Source of the DNA: the human T2T-CHM13v2.0 reference genome, Homo sapiens | NCBI RefSeq assembly: GCF_009914755.1 | Contig: NC_060942.1 | DNA length: 64,000 nt | Strand: one strand, 5' to 3' | Part shown: positions 14,050-32,086 of the stretch, one piece after another | How positions within the stretch are numbered: the first letter of the stretch is position 1 | How the letters are laid out: each line of letters begins with the position of its first letter | The notes under the pieces: model-generated | What the model saw: only the letters and a program-made list of their open reading frames with translations | Told to the model about the DNA's origin: nothing | The model's database searches: none | Made by a program: the position numbers and the translations under genes

Positions 14050-17000
14050 ATATAGCATCGAACTAAGAAACTTGTAAAAACAACCTGATACCCTGAAAAT
14101 GACTGGGAAAAAGATGAACAGATCCATATTGGGTTATTGGCTCCCAAAATAAGAAAGCAAAAAACAACATATGTCCACTGTCGAATAGTTCGTACCCCAA
14201 AAAATCTATTGTGAAGCCTAAGAAAACTATAAGACAACATTCCCAGCAAAATTAAATATAGTCAAGTGAACATTTTATGATATAAAACAAAGAAATTAAG
14301 GAACTGAGAACAAAGTGGACAAACAGGAAGGGCTGGAAAGAAGTGATTGAACTCAGAAAATGGAAGAAAATGACAGTTATCTGAGAAATGAGGAGTAATT
14401 ACAGGGTGCCCAAGGGAGAATACACCCGAAAAATTAATAAGGGACATTAAAGAAACAAAGGAAAATGAAGAGGATGAAAATAAGATAAAGAATTATTTGA
14501 AAAAGTTAGAGATAAAACAGTGGAAATGGAAGACAGATCCAAAAGGCATAACATTTGTATATGTGTCCTTGAAGAACAAAAACAAAAAAAAAATTGACAG
14601 AACTATTATTTAAAAATACCATTCAAGGAATTTTTTCAACAACAAACAAAATACCTTAAAGTACATGTGAAAAAGAGTATCGATTGGATACCTGGAATAA
14701 ACCCAGAATGTTCCATTTTAAAACTTATTATATTAAAACTATTAGATTTTGAAGATATAAATAATTATGACCACCAGTAAAAAGATAAAATAGTTTTAAA
14801 AGGCAAATATTTAGATTGTCATTAGACTTCTCAAAAACATTATACAATGCAAGGTAATAACGGAGTAATGTTTTTTAAAAACTTAATGAAAGATTGACTC
14901 AAGGTTTTTATATCAAGCCAAGTCTCCTTTAAGATCTAAGTTATAGAAAACTGTTAAACATGTAAGCACCAAAAACATAAGCAACAACTAAAAAAATAGA
15001 TAAATTGGATTTGATCAAAATTTAAAACTTGTGTGCTTCAAAGGATACCATCAAGAAAGTGAACGTGCAACCCACAGAAATATATCTGATAGGGAACTTG
15101 AAAGAACTCTTACAATTCACAATAAAGAAGACAAATAGCTGAATGAAAATATGCTCACAGGATTTGAATAGACATGTCTCAAAAGAAAATATACAAATGG
15201 CCAAGAAACACATAAAAAGATGCTTAACATCATTAGCCATTGGGGAAATGTAAACAAAAACCACAATCAGATATGACTTATACCCACTAGGGTGGCTATA
15301 ATCAAAAACACAGTAACAAATATTGGACAAAATGGAGAGAAACTGAAACCTCGTACACTGCTGGCAGGAATGTAAAGTGATGCAAGTACTTTGGAAAACA
15401 GATTGTCAGTTCCTCAAATAATTAAACACAATATTACCCAGCAATTCTACTCTTAGGTATATACCCAAGAGAAATGAAAGCATATATGTTTACACCAAAC
15501 TTGTATATGAATGTTGATAGCAACATTATTCATAACAACTGGAAAGTAGAACTCAAATGTCTACCACTTGATTAATGGATAAACAAACTGTTATAATAGA
15601 TAGTGGAATATTATTCACCAGTAAAAGGTACTAGTATATGCAGCAACATGGATAAACCCTGAAAGCAGTATGCTAAGTGAAAGAAGCCAGACACAAAAGG
15701 ATACATGCTGTATGATTCTTTTTATATGAAATATTTGGATTTGGCAAATCCATACAGATAGAAAGTAGATCCAGGGGATGTGAGGAAGGGAGAAATGATG
15801 AGTGACTACAGATGGGTATAGGGTTTCTTTATGGAATGATGAAACTGTTGTGGAATTATATGGTGGTGATGGTTGCACAAGTTTGTGAAAAAAACTAAAA
15901 AATCACTAAGTCACACAATTTAAAAGGGTATATTTTATATTATGTGAATTACGTCCCTATAAAGCTGTTTTTTTAAAGACCTCAAGGACTTAGAGATCTG
16001 TGCACCCATGATCCCTTCTCCAGGAATCTGCTAAAGCTGTTAAGTCTGATTCAAAGCCTGTAGTCACATGTAGCTTTTTAGGTATACACACACCATAAAA
16101 TTCATCCTCTTAAGAAAGTATATAATCCAGTGGCTTTTAGTAGTAATTTAAATAAATTGTAATTTATAAATATGTAAGAGTTAATTCATTGTATTAGTCA
16201 ACATTTTAGGTGCTCAGTAGCCACATGTAATAGTGGGTACCATGCTGGAGAGTGAAGACATGGAACATTTCTGTCCACACAGAAAGCTGTTTGGGCGTGA
16301 TGTACCAGAGGATGAACTTATCCCACCAAGAAATAACTAGTATATTTTAGCAAAAGGAATGATATTGAGCATTTTGGTATATATAAATGTAGATTTGAGA
16401 CTGAAAGGTGGGAAAGAGGGTGGAAGACTAATATACAAAAAGTGGTGACAAACTGTTAGTAACGCAGCTTGACTGGGAGTGGTGGCTCATGCGTGTTGTC
16501 CTAGCACTTTGGGAGGCCAAAGCAGGAGGATAGCTTGAGGTTAGGAGTTTGAGACAAGCCTGGGCAACATAGCAAGACCCTGTCTCTACAAAGAATTTTT
16601 AAAATTAGCCAGGCATGGTTACATACACTTAGAGTCACAGCTGCTTGAGAGGCTGAGGCAGGAGCCTCTCAGGAATCCTTGAGTCCAGGAACTTGAGGGT
16701 GCAGTGAGCTATGATTGGACCACTGCACTCTAGCCTGAGTGACAGACCGTCTCTAAAAACAAAATAAAAAATAATGCGCTTAGAAATGGGAAGAGAGAAA
16801 AAGGAAAAAGTAAAGTAGAAGGAGCTTATCGATTGCCATCTAGGCAATAGGTGTAACTTACAGAATGCTGACAAAAACTGGCAAGCCAGATAAGAAATGA
16901 TTAAATAAAAATCCAAGGGGATAAGGTCATTTAATAAGACATAAGTACAAAGATAACCATAGAACAAAAACACGAACTTCCTTAAATACCAGAAAAATTA

Positions 17001-17099
17001 ATGTGTTAAAGAAGGCATAATATATATCCTATAGAGAGGGAAACATGGCAAATATGAATATGAAATAATTATGACAGAGCTGAGACTCAGATATATCAG
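14050..17099 (+). mobile_element. Composite of ancient L1M fragments (ORF1-like region plus an L1MB-like 3' end at ~14960-15970), interrupted by a MER3-like piece (~16060-16290) and an Alu
   Basis: A-rich sense strand; ttaaaacttgtgtgcttcaaaggataccatcaagaaagtg and atggtggtgatggttgcacaa L1 3' signatures. Confidence 0.7.
16471..16772 (+). mobile_element. AluJ-type, sense
   Basis: Diverged dimeric Alu with A-rich tail. Confidence 0.9.
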
Positions 17100-17713
17100 T
17101 ACATGTGCTTGAACCCAACCTTCTATTGCCTTCAAGAGACCCATCTCACATGTAATGACATCTATAGACTCAAAGTAAAGGGAAGGAGAGAGATCATGCA
17201 AATAGAAAACAAAAGAGTAGGAGTTGCTATTCTTGTATCAGATAAAACAGACTTTAAACCAACAACAGTAAAAAAAAAATTGCATTATATAATAAAGGGT
17301 TCAATTCAACCAGAAGATTTAATTATTCTATGTACATACTCACCCAACATCAGAGCATCCAGATTTATAAAACGAATACCAGACCTAAGAAAAGAGATAG
17401 CGATACAGTAAAAGTAGGGGATTTCAGTATCTCATTAAACAGACTATCAAGGCAGAATACTAATTCTGGACTTAAATTTGACATTTGACCAAATAGACCT
17501 AATAGATGTCTAGAATACTCTATCCAACAACCACAGAATATACATTCTTCTTATCTATGCACAGAACATTCTCAAAGATTGACTACCTGCTCAGTCATAA
17601 AGCAAGCCTCAACAAATTCAAAAAATTGAAATCCTGTCAAGCATCTTCTCAGACCACAGTGGAATAAAACTAGAAATTAATACCAAAAGAAACTCTCAAA
17701 ACCACACAAATAG

Positions 17714-18175
<462 letters not shown>

Positions 18176-18424
18176 CTAAGTGCCTACATCAAGAAAACAG
18201 AAAAATCTCAAGTTAACAACTAATTGTTGGACCTAAAGGAACTAGAAAAAACAGAACACACTAAACCCAGAGCTAGCAGAAGAGAAGAAATAACTAAAAT
18301 CAGAGGAGAACTAAATGAAATTGAGACCAAAAAAAAAAAAGAGTCAGTGAAACAAAAAGTTGGTTCTTTGAAAGGATAAACAAGATTGATAGACTACTCG
18401 CTAGATTAACAAAAAAAAAAAAAG

Positions 18425-18804
<380 letters not shown>

Positions 18805-21549
18805 CTACACACACAAAGTAGAAAATCTAGAGGAAATGGATAAATCCCTGGAAACACACAGCTTCCCAAGGTTGAACCAGGAAGAAATCAAAATCCTGAA
18901 CAGGCCAATAATGAGTTACAAAATTGAGTCAATAATAAAAATCTACCAATGGAAAAGAAAGCCCTGGAGCAGGTGAATTCATATCCGAATTCTACCAGAC
19001 ATGACAAAGAAGGGCTGGTACCAATCTTGTTGAAACTATTCCAAAAAGTTGAGGGGGCAGGATTCCTCCCTAACTCATTCTATGAAACCAGTATCATCCT
19101 GATACCAAAATCTGACAAGGATACAACAAAAAAGGAAAATAACAAGCCAATATCTCTGATGAACATAGACACAAAAATCTTCATCAAATAAGTAGCCAGC
19201 TGAATTCAGCAGCATATCAAAAAGATAATTCATCATGCTCAAGAAAGCTTTATTCCTGGGATGCAAGGATGGTTCAATAAACACAAATCAATATATGTGA
19301 TTCACCACATAAACAGAATTAAAAACAAAATCTGTATCATCTCAATAGATGTGAAAAAAGTCTTTGATTAAAATCCAGTATCCCAACATGATAAAAACTC
19401 TCAACAAACTAGGCATCAACGGAATGTACCTCAAAATAATAAGAGCCATCTATGACAAACCCACAGCCAACATCATACTGAATGGGCAAAAGTTGAAAGT
19501 GTTCCCCCTAACACTGGAACAAGACAAGTATGCCTACTCTCACCACTCCTATTGAACATAGTACTAAAAGTCCTAGCCAGAGCAGTCAGGCAAGAGAAAG
19601 AATAAAGGTCATCCAAATAGGAAAAGAGGAAATCAAATTATCCGTTCGTTGATGATACGATTCTATACCTAGAAAACCCTAAAAGTTCCTCCAAAAGACT
19701 CTCAGACTTGATAAACAACTTCAGTAAAGTTTCAGGATTCAGAATCAGCACCCGAAATCAGTAGCATTCCTATACACCAGTAACTTTCAAGCTGAGAACC
19801 AAATCAAGAATACAATCCCATTTACAATAGCAAAAAAATGAAATAAAATACCTAGGAATACATTTATCCGAGGAGGTGAAAGATCTCTAGAAGGAGAACT
19901 ATAAGACACTGATGAAAGAAATCAGAGATGACACAAACAAGTGGAAAAACATTCCATGCTCGTGGATTGGAAGAATCAGTATCATTTAAATGGTTATACT
20001 GCCCAAACAGTCTACAGATTCAATGTAATTCCTATCAAACTACCAATGTCATTTTTCATGAAATTAGAAAAAAATTATAAAATTCATGTGGAAACACAAA
20101 AGAGCCAAATAGCCAAAACAATCCTAAGCAAAAAGAACAAAGTCTTAGGCATCACATTACCTGACTTCAAGGTAATATACTGCAAACACTGTAGGTAATG
20201 AAAACAGCATCGAACTGTTACAAAAACAGATGCATAGATCAAAGGAACAAAATAGAGACCTGGGAATAAAGCCATACACCTACAACCAACAGATCTTTTG
20301 ACAAAGTCAACAAAAATAAACAATGAGGAAAGGACACTCTATTCAGTAAATAGTGCTGGGAAAACTGGTTAGCCATATGCAGAAGAATGAAACTGGACCC
20401 CTACCTCCCACCATATACAAAAACTAAAGATGGATTAAAAACTTAAATATAATACCTCAAAGGATACAAATCATAGAAGAAAAACTCTTCTGGACATTGG
20501 CCTGGGCAAAGAATTTATGACTAAGACCTCGAAGGCAAATGCAACAAAAACAAATATTGACAAATGGGACTTAATTAAACTAAAGAGCTTCTGCACAGCA
20601 AAAGAAACAACAGAATGAACAGACAATCTACAGAATGGTAGAAAATATTTGCAAACTATGCAACTGGCAAAGGACAAATATCTATAAGAAACTTAAATAA
20701 GAAAGAAACAACCCCATTAAAAAGTGAGCAAAGGACATGAATAGACACTTCTCAAAAGAAAAAATTCAGGCTGCCAGCAAACATGAAAAAATGCTCAACA
20801 TCACAATCATCAGAGAAATGCAAGTTACAGCCATAATGAGATACCATCTCAACACCAGTCAGAATGACTATTAAGTCAAAATATAACACATGTTGTCAAG
20901 GATATGGAGAAAAGAGAACATACATTGTTGGTAGGAATGTGAATTAGTTCAACCCCTGTGGAAAACAGTATGAAGATTTCTCAAAGAGCTAAAAATAGAA
21001 ATATCATTCCACCCAGCAATCACACTACTGAATATGTACCCAAAGGAAAAGAAATCATTTATCAAAAAGACACCTTCCCTGCACTCATATGTTTATTGCA
21101 ACACTATTCACAATAGCAAAGTCATGGAATCAACCTATGTACCCGTCGGTGGTGAATTGGATAAAGAAAATATGGTACATATATACCATGGAATACTACA
21201 CAGCCATAAAAAAGAACAAAATTATGTCCTTTGCAGCAACATGGATGCAGCTGGAGACTGTTATCCTCAGTGAATTAATACAGAAACAGAAAAATACTGC
21301 ACATTATTTCTTAATACATGGGGGCTAAACAGTGTATACACATGGCCATAAAGCCGGAAACAAGAGACACTGAGGACTCTGAAAGAGATAAGGGATATAC
21401 GGTTTGAAAAACTACCTATTGGGTACTATTTGGTGGTACCCAAATATTTGGGTGATGCCTAAATGCCAGCATTACACAATTTACCCGTTTAACAAACCTG
21501 CACATATACCTTCTGAATCTAAAATAAAATATACATGTACTTGAACTTA

Positions 21550-23620
<2,071 letters not shown>

Positions 23621-24544
23621 AGGACTGATAATGAAATACAACGTGAAGTGTCAGCCTTGTGAAGATAGATGGAACTGTCAAAAGTACTTTGTTATAAAAA
23701 CAAGCAATAATAAGAAACTTGGAATGTTTACACTTCTGGAATGCTTCGGAGACAGAAATCAGAGGGTTGCCTAAAAGTAAGAGTTTTGCTGGGGTTAGAC
23801 AGTTGTGACTATGTAGAGTTTTAATGGTATATAAGTCCCAGTACAGATTTCCAGAAAAATCATTTTTACAATACCTGGTATGTCTACAAATAGATAAATC
23901 TGTTATGGTACCAAATCCTGTGCCCTGTTTCTAAGAGAATTTGGCTGTAAAATTTAAAGGTGTGCTGGAAATTACTAAAAAGCAAACAAAACAAAAAATA
24001 TATAGATGAGTCAAATGGACAGAATATGCCAAGGAGAGCAGAGCAATTGCTCAAGAAGCAGGAAATGGATTTGTCTCACTGTTGTTGCGGGTGACTTTCC
24101 AAACACTTTAGGGCAGGAGCCATATCTGTGTGTCTTTTCTCTGAGACTTTTGAACTTTATGCTGAGAGAAGTTCTTGAGTACTGTGCTATTTACTAACTT
24201 GTTTTAAGAATTGAGTTTGAAATGCTGTGCACACGTGGTCTTCACATTACATGCAGGTGCCCTGCTTGACCCTCCAGCTCTTTTAGAAAAAAAGGACCTA
24301 TGAAAATGTCCCCACAAAAAGGTTTTTATAATTATTTTTCAACATTTGAATTTTGGAGACACATGGTAGAAAACTGTGGACTTGAGACTGATGAAATCCG
24401 AGTTTTATTTCTGTCTCTGCCACTAGTTACTATTGAGCCATTGCCAAATAATGTTACTTTCTCAGCTTTGAGTTTTGTCTTTCGTGAAATATGAGAGGTT
24501 ATATCTCTGGGGTGATGGAAAAATCAAATGAGATAGAAAATAGT

Positions 24545-24845
24545 GGCCAGGTGCAGTGGCTCACACCTGTAATCCCAGCACTTTGGGAGGCCTAGGCAGG
24601 TGGGTCACTTGAAGTCAGGAGTTCGAGACCAGCCTGGCCAACATGGTGAAACCCTGTCTCTGCTAAAAATACAAAAATTACCTGGGCATGGTGGTGCATG
24701 CCTGTAATCCCAGCTACTCAGGAGGCTAAGGTGGGAGAATTGCTTGAACCTGGGAGGCGGAGGTTGCTGTGAGCCAAATGCCACTGCATTCCAGCCTGGG
24801 CAACAGAGCAAGACTCTGTCAAAAAAGAAAATAAAAAAGAAGAAG
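24545..24845 (+). mobile_element. AluS-type, sense, adjacent to a MIR-like remnant (~24370-24535)
   Basis: Full-length Alu. Confidence 0.93.
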
Positions 24846-25782
24846 GAAGAAAGGTCTGTGGTGTCTGTGGAATCTACAAAGTACCTTACAAATGAAAAGA
24901 AAACAGTCATATGTTACTGCTTTTTCTCTAATTAGAAGAGGATTGCATAGTGAAAAATGTTATATGGATGAAGCATGAAACAGCTGTTGGCACATTAAAC
25001 CATCTTTTTTATAGTATACTTATTACAAAATTCTGTAAGGAAGAAGCTTGAGGATAGTTATCACATCATACAGAGTTGAGACCTGACTCAGCCCTTTAAG
25101 AATTCAGCTTTTTTGCAAGGTTGAAAGCAGAGAGTGGGGTTCTGGAGCCTATTTATTTACTAAAATTGTTAACCATCCTGGAGAAACTTTGCAAAACTAA
25201 AGTATTTGTTCGTTCTGGTGGAAGGATGAAATGTAGACTATTAAACCAATTTAAATTGTCTCCTGCTGAAACATTGTGAGGTTTTAGGAAGAATGGCTTA
25301 AGTGAATGGGTATTGAATTTAATTTTCCTGATACTATGATAATAAAAAATATTTTTAGTCCAATTGTTTGCTCTTTGACTATTAACCAGCAAGGTGATTA
25401 AGTCAGACTTTATGCAGTTCAGATGATGTCCTTTGGAACCACTTCATGTGGTTTCAACTAACTAGTTTCATTTCTTGGAGGTGGATGATGCTGGCAGTTT
25501 CCCCCTTAATTTTGCATAAAAGGTATATAGTTCCTTAATTACAGACAACTTTCAAAAAGATGAGAGGATAAATCTTTGAGGAAATCACTTTCTTCCCTTT
25601 ATTCAGATGCCATGAGGGGTTTTTTAAGTTGCTTGGCAGCTTTCTAGATGAGCATTCACTTGTCTGTTTTTAAAACATTCCCTCTTTTTCTGGCCTAAAA
25701 AATATGCAAACATGAATTCACTTTGTTTTATCGCATGTGTTTGTGTGTGTATAACTACATATTTCCTAGAGAATTCTATTTT

Positions 25783-26120
<338 letters not shown>

Positions 26121-27125
26121 TAATGAAATTATTTTATATAGTTTCCCAGCCAACACTAGTCCATGATATTTTAGGGCAATAAAATTTATTTCTTACATTG
26201 TAATTTATTCTAATGCTACACTAAAGAAATTCTTAACAGGAAATAAGGTGGTCTAAATGGGATCTAAAGAAACAGACTCATAAAAATACTCTAAACAGCG
26301 ATGGTAAACAACTATGTTGCTGAAACTTGTTTCCTTCCTACTTCAAAACCATTTCAGAAACTGCAGGAGTGACCTTTATTTCCTTCTCTGTAGCACACAC
26401 GACTATAATTTCCCGTGACTATTTATGGTCTGGATAGCCGTTCTCTAACTTCCTTTTTTTTTTTTTTAATGTCAACGGAATACGTGTTTCTTTAATGGAA
26501 AATGTTCTATTTTGGGGAAGCTGCTTTTCCTCAGATAAGTAATGGAGTTGGTGCTTGTGTGTTGAAGGGGTTGTACAAGATTGAAGAGTTTTAAATTAGT
26601 GGACTGAGAGCTTGAAGTGACAGTCCTGGTGAGGACTCCTAGTAGCCTTTTTTTTTCTCTCCAAGATTAAAAATAACTGCCTGGTATTCTGTATTCTTTT
26701 TAAGGATGATTTTATTCTTTTTTTTTTTAACAGATGGCAGAATAGTCCTGAATTGAATGGTGAAAGTTTCAAACCAAAGTGATTGAAATGAGGGAATAGT
26801 GTGGTTCATCAACAGGGTTGATCTGGGGGCCAGGGGGAGGCATGGGAGATTTCACCCTTCTAACTCTTGTAGGCAAGTGCTATGTACTGAGCACTGTCTC
26901 TTTCCCACCTGCTGCAGCTGCACAGTTGGACATTCGTCATGAATCAGGAGGGTCATCTCTGACTCTTGAGGGTGACACAGTCCGTCCCTTTGGAGTGATT
27001 TGGAACCTGATCACAGCAAGGATTTGTTGCCATTCCCCAGCTTTGCAATGTGCATTTAACTACATTTCACAATCACCGTGGAGGATTTTTTTTTTTTTGG
27101 GCAATTTTACTTATCTTAGTTATAA

Positions 27126-27478
<353 letters not shown>

Positions 27479-27549
27479 TTTATCCTCTTTTCACTCTAGC
27501 ATCTGAAAAGTGTGGCAGCAATATATTATCTTGTTTGTTTGTTTTAATG

Positions 27550-27930
27550 TAAAATTTATTTAAGTACAATATAAATACAGAAAAGAGGCCAGATCATAAG
27601 TGTAGCCCTTGATGCTTCGTCTCAAAGTGAGCACACTTGTGTAACCAGCACCTGGACTAAGAAACAGAACATTACAATATTTGAAACGTTACACGCCGTC
27701 TCCTGGATACTGCCTCCTTTCCCTCCCCACCTAAGAGTTACTGCCATCCTGACTTCTGTTACTACAGAGTAATTTTGCCTGACTTTGAACTTTATATAGT
27801 TATGGGATCATGCAGTGGGTCTCCTCTTGTATCTGGCTTCTTCTGGTCATTATGTGTTTGTGAGATTCATCCTGTTGATACATGTTGTTTTAGTTCTTTA
27901 TTCTCATTGCTACATCATATTATGTTGTTT
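27550..27930 (-). mobile_element. L1ME-like 3' fragment, antisense
   Basis: ttttgcctgactttgaactttatata...tctggcttcttc...tgagattcatcc. Confidence 0.65.
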
Positions 27931-28532
27931 TAATAGAGAGCAAATTATCTCCTGCACTTGTGAAAGCCAGTAAAATGTGCTTTGGACTTTATACTGAAGA
28001 GGACTCAAGTCACTATGTGATTTAGTTGCATTGTGATCTAATACCTGTTTTATTACTATAAGAACCATTTATTTATTATTTATTTATTCACCTAATTTTT
28101 ATAGAGGCAGGATCTTGCTTTGTTGCCCAGGCTGGTCTCAAACTCCTGGCATCCTCCTGCTTTAGCAAAAACTTTTGATTACAAAATAGGAAACTGTTTT
28201 TCTCTTCCTTAAGTCAGAATATTAACTTTACCATATCACTTTCTCTTCCACTCCCCGCCAACTATAAAAATAATTGCTTCCCCTTACCTTTGTGCTTCCA
28301 TAAAAATTGGTTGTATCTCTGTGTTTAATACATATAGATAGCTATTGTGGTCATGATAGTTAGTGAATCACAGATACAAATACTTGCTAATTGAACTCCT
28401 TGAAGCCAGGGCTTGTCTTTTCAATTCATGTTTCTGATCCCAGCTTCTAATATGCCTGGTATCAAAGCTTTTAGGTTTCTTGAGGGTTTTTGTGACTTTT
28501 CAATGGCATTTTGTTGCGTTTTGTCATTGTAG

Positions 28533-28733
28533 CCTGAGATTCCTGAACGCCTCTGCGAACAAACTGGAAAGCCTTCCTCCAGCCACGCTTTCCGAAGAGA
28601 CAAACAGTATCTTACAAGAGTTGTATTTGACAAATAACAGCCTCACAGACAAATGTGTGCCCTTGTTAACGGGACACCCCCATTTGAAGATCCTTCACAT
28701 GGCCTATAACCGACTTCAGAGTTTTCCAGCAAG
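28533..28733 (+). CDS. PHLPP1: PHLPP1 coding exon (probably exon 11), 201 nt, LRR: [16 protein letters not shown]...[16 protein letters not shown](S)
   Basis: Acceptor tgtAG at 28531-28532, donor GTaaag at 28734; phase 2-2; three LRR motifs. Confidence 0.95.
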
Positions 28734-29053
28734 GTAAAGGACAGTTGTAAAGCTGCGTTCTGAATTGCATTTCTCAAAGTGTATTCATAGAAAGGTGAAG
28801 GCTGAAATATTTATTTCCCAGGTGATGTCAAGTTTGTTTGCTTGTTCCTGCTCCCTTCACAGTTTCCTTTATGTAAGCTATGATGACATTTCCCTAAAGA
28901 GAAGTAGATTGGTTTTCTTCATATGTGTCCAAAGACCTAATCACAAGAATGTTCTTAAGATTTTGAAATAAAATGTGTTGTTTAGCAGGTATGTTTTTTC
29001 TTTTACTTCTTTTTAACCAGTCAGATTAATTTTTTAAAAAACCATTATCCTAG

Positions 29054-29190
29054 AGCCAGGTGTGGCAGTGCGTGCCTGTAGTCCCAGCTACTCGGGAGGC
29101 TGACATGGGAGGGTCACTTGAGCTGAAGAATTCGAGACCAGCCTGGGCAACATAGTGAGACCCTATCTATTAAAAAATAAAGTAAATAAT
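29054..29190 (+). mobile_element. Alu monomer (FLAM-type)
   Basis: Single ~115-nt 7SL-derived arm plus A tail; imperfect TSD aaaaa(c)catta(t/a)ccta. Confidence 0.85.
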
Positions 29191-30334
29191 AAAGTTTCCA
29201 AAAACATTAACCTAATAGGGTATGTGGGAATTAGAATGTAAACCAGGAACCTGAAAATCCTTCATTATCTACCAAACTTTATATTCATATTCATGATGTA
29301 CAGAGCAGTGGTAGACTCTACTACCATAGAAACTGTAACATTGCAAATTCTGGCTCTCAAAATAGTCCATTTTTAATTTGTTTTTACTTTAATTTCTAAT
29401 TTTCGGTGAGCGGTGACATTATATCTAGCTTTGAGTGAATCTGCGTGCTGAGCCTGCCGTGAGGATTTACCGTGTTTCCATTTCATTGGCTTTTATCCAT
29501 CTAACAAGTTAGGGCTTGAACACACACCCACGCATCAAAGAAACAAACACTAACCCTTCTGGTTTCTGCTTGGTAACTGCAACTCAGCATTGGGGCCAAA
29601 TCAAAACACTATCATAGCTTCCCTCTGCTGCCTTCAGGGCTACCAGTCTGTTCGAGCCCTTGCTGAAGAAGGAAGGCCCGTGTATATGTTGACTTAAAGT
29701 ATTGCTCTGTTTTTGGTGTAATGAAATATTTACTTTCCTCCTCATTTGATATTAATAATTAAACTATTTTATGCTTACTTCCATCTACTTTTACTTCACT
29801 ATGGAATGGGGAAATGATATTTTTGGAAAAAACCATGATAATCACATAACAGCAACCTATCTGAAAGAGCTCATTGTCTTCTTTCAGATGATGAATGTCT
29901 AAACCCTGCAGAGGAAAGGATCATCAGCTCTAATTCTGAGGATATACCCCCAGTGACCCGTGCCAGGTGTAATCACCCACCCTAAGTGCAGAGAAACTTT
30001 TAACACACCTTGTAAAAAAATCCATCTAGGAATGAATTCTGTCTCCCTGTGGTTGTGATGTGGCTCAGTAGCTCCCCTGCAAACCAGAGCACCTTAAGAG
30101 CTGGGTCTGTGACCTTGCTGTATCCCTCAGCCTCATATCTCACACAAGGCCCACACTTAAATGGTTGCTGAATTAAAGAACGGGACCACCATCTAGTCAT
30201 TTTGTCTTCACATCTTTTGCCACCTTCTTTTTATGTGGCGAGTTGGAAATTTCTTTAACTTTTTCTTTTGGGGGCCTGTTTTCTGTGCTTTTAATCATTT
30301 TTCATGCACCATTACCCATTAGTTTCAAGGCACA

Positions 30335-30621
30335 CAAGGGCTGGCATCTGCTTCTGGTGAGTCTTCAGGAAGCTTACAATCATGGCAGAAGGTGAAGGGG
30401 AGCCATTGTGTCACATGGTGAGAGAGGGGGCAAAAGAGATGCCAGGGTCTTGCGTGAATGCACAGCGTGTGAATTCTCTGATTACCATGGGAAGGGCATC
30501 AAGCCATTCATGTGGTATCTGCCCCCATGACCAAAACACCTCCCACCGGGCCCCACCTCTGACACTGGGAATCACGTTTCAACATGAGATTTGGAGGGGA
30601 CAAATAATCCAAACCGTATCA
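30335..30621 (-). mobile_element. MaLR MSTB-like solo LTR (partial)
   Basis: ggaagcttacaatcatggcagaaggtgaagggg...ttcaacatgagatttggaggggacaaa...ccaaaccgtatca. Confidence 0.88.
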
Positions 30622-31923
30622 CTATATTTTTTTCAAAATATGATGATAACATATTTAAATAATATTCTCAGAAATTCGGGCTATCATAGATGGATTACTT
30701 CATAGTCTGTGTACATATTGTTTGTAGTCTATTCTGATACCACACTGGATGTATATGATATTAAAAGGTCTGACTTCATAAGATAAAAACTTAGTTTTTA
30801 CTGTATCTTAGGCATATATTTATTTTCAAGATAAACAAGATAATCTTTATATTTGAAAGATGACAAAAATAATACAGTGGTTTTTTTTTGTTAAATTCTT
30901 TAAAAGTGTATTGTGACAAATGAAACTATAACAGGTAGAAACAATACCAAAAAATGTAAACTATTATTCAGCTTATGAGTCTGGATCACACTAATGGGGA
31001 ATCCTGTGCTTCTTGGAGTCTAACATCAGCAGGAGTGGAAAAAGGGTCAAAAAAGTGCCAGATACTATTACAGTGATTGCAGAGGTAGAGGCATTGTTTT
31101 TTCTTTCAAATTTATAAAGAATGCAAGAAACCCTGATTCTGGAATTTTTCTTTAGTTGGTTATTGTAATTATTGATGAAGATTATAGATGAGGAGGATTG
31201 AACAATAAAAGACATTCTTAAACAGAAGTATTAAATTAATTACATTAGAACATATTATTAAGATAAGGTTGGAGAGATTCCTTCTTGGTAGATGTTTAGC
31301 AACAATTGAGATAAATGTCTTTTGGCCCTGGTGTGAATTTGGGCTCTGCCAGAAGTCCAAGAGGTGATCCAAATGGGCTTTTAACACACCCCTTGCTCCT
31401 TACCACCACTTTGTATTCATCAGTGATGTCAGAGGAGTTGGGGGAGTGAGGGTTGAAGAAAAAGCTTATCTTAATATGAACTATAGACCTGTTCTCTACC
31501 TCCCCCTTGAGTTTTCAGTGCCACTACAAAGAAATCATACTCTCTGAGCTCTTTTAAGGCAGTTTTATTGTATTAGTGCTGGCTTTTGACCCATTTAAAT
31601 AGTGTTTTCATTAGTGTTCAGACCAAGCTATACAGTAACATGATTATTGCCAGGGTAACTTAATTTCCACATAGACTTTTAGGAGGAAAAGGGCATCCAT
31701 TTTCCTTCTTGTTGACAATTTGAAGAGTTGAATAGTTTTTGTTCTGTAGTGAGAAAGGAGGTGTTAAAATATTTCAGTACTCCAAAATGATAGTGAAAAA
31801 ATGGTCTTGTTTGTAAAAATGACTGTTACAAATGAATCCTTAAAGTCATAGCAATTTAATTCATCCTTTGATTCTCGTCCTATATTATTTTCTTTTAAAT
31901 TGCTTTATTTTCTCTTTTTTTAG

Positions 31924-32086
31924 TAAAATGGCGAAACTGGAGGAACTTGAAGAAATTGATCTCAGTGGGAATAAGCTGAAAGCCATCCCAACAACGATCA
32001 TGAATTGCAGGCGCATGCACACCGTGATTGCTCACTCCAACTGCATCGAGGTCTTTCCCGAAGTTATGCAGCTCCCAGAGATCAAG
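31924..32086 (+). CDS. PHLPP1: PHLPP1 coding exon (probably exon 12), 163 nt, LRR: [22 protein letters not shown]...[12 protein letters not shown]
   Basis: Poly-T plus tAG at 31922-31923, donor GTatgt at 32087; phase 2-0. Confidence 0.95.

Noticed and set aside
29400-29700. Locally CpG-retaining unique sequence that might be an enhancer
   Set aside because: Too few CpGs and no clear motif cluster to support a call from sequence alone
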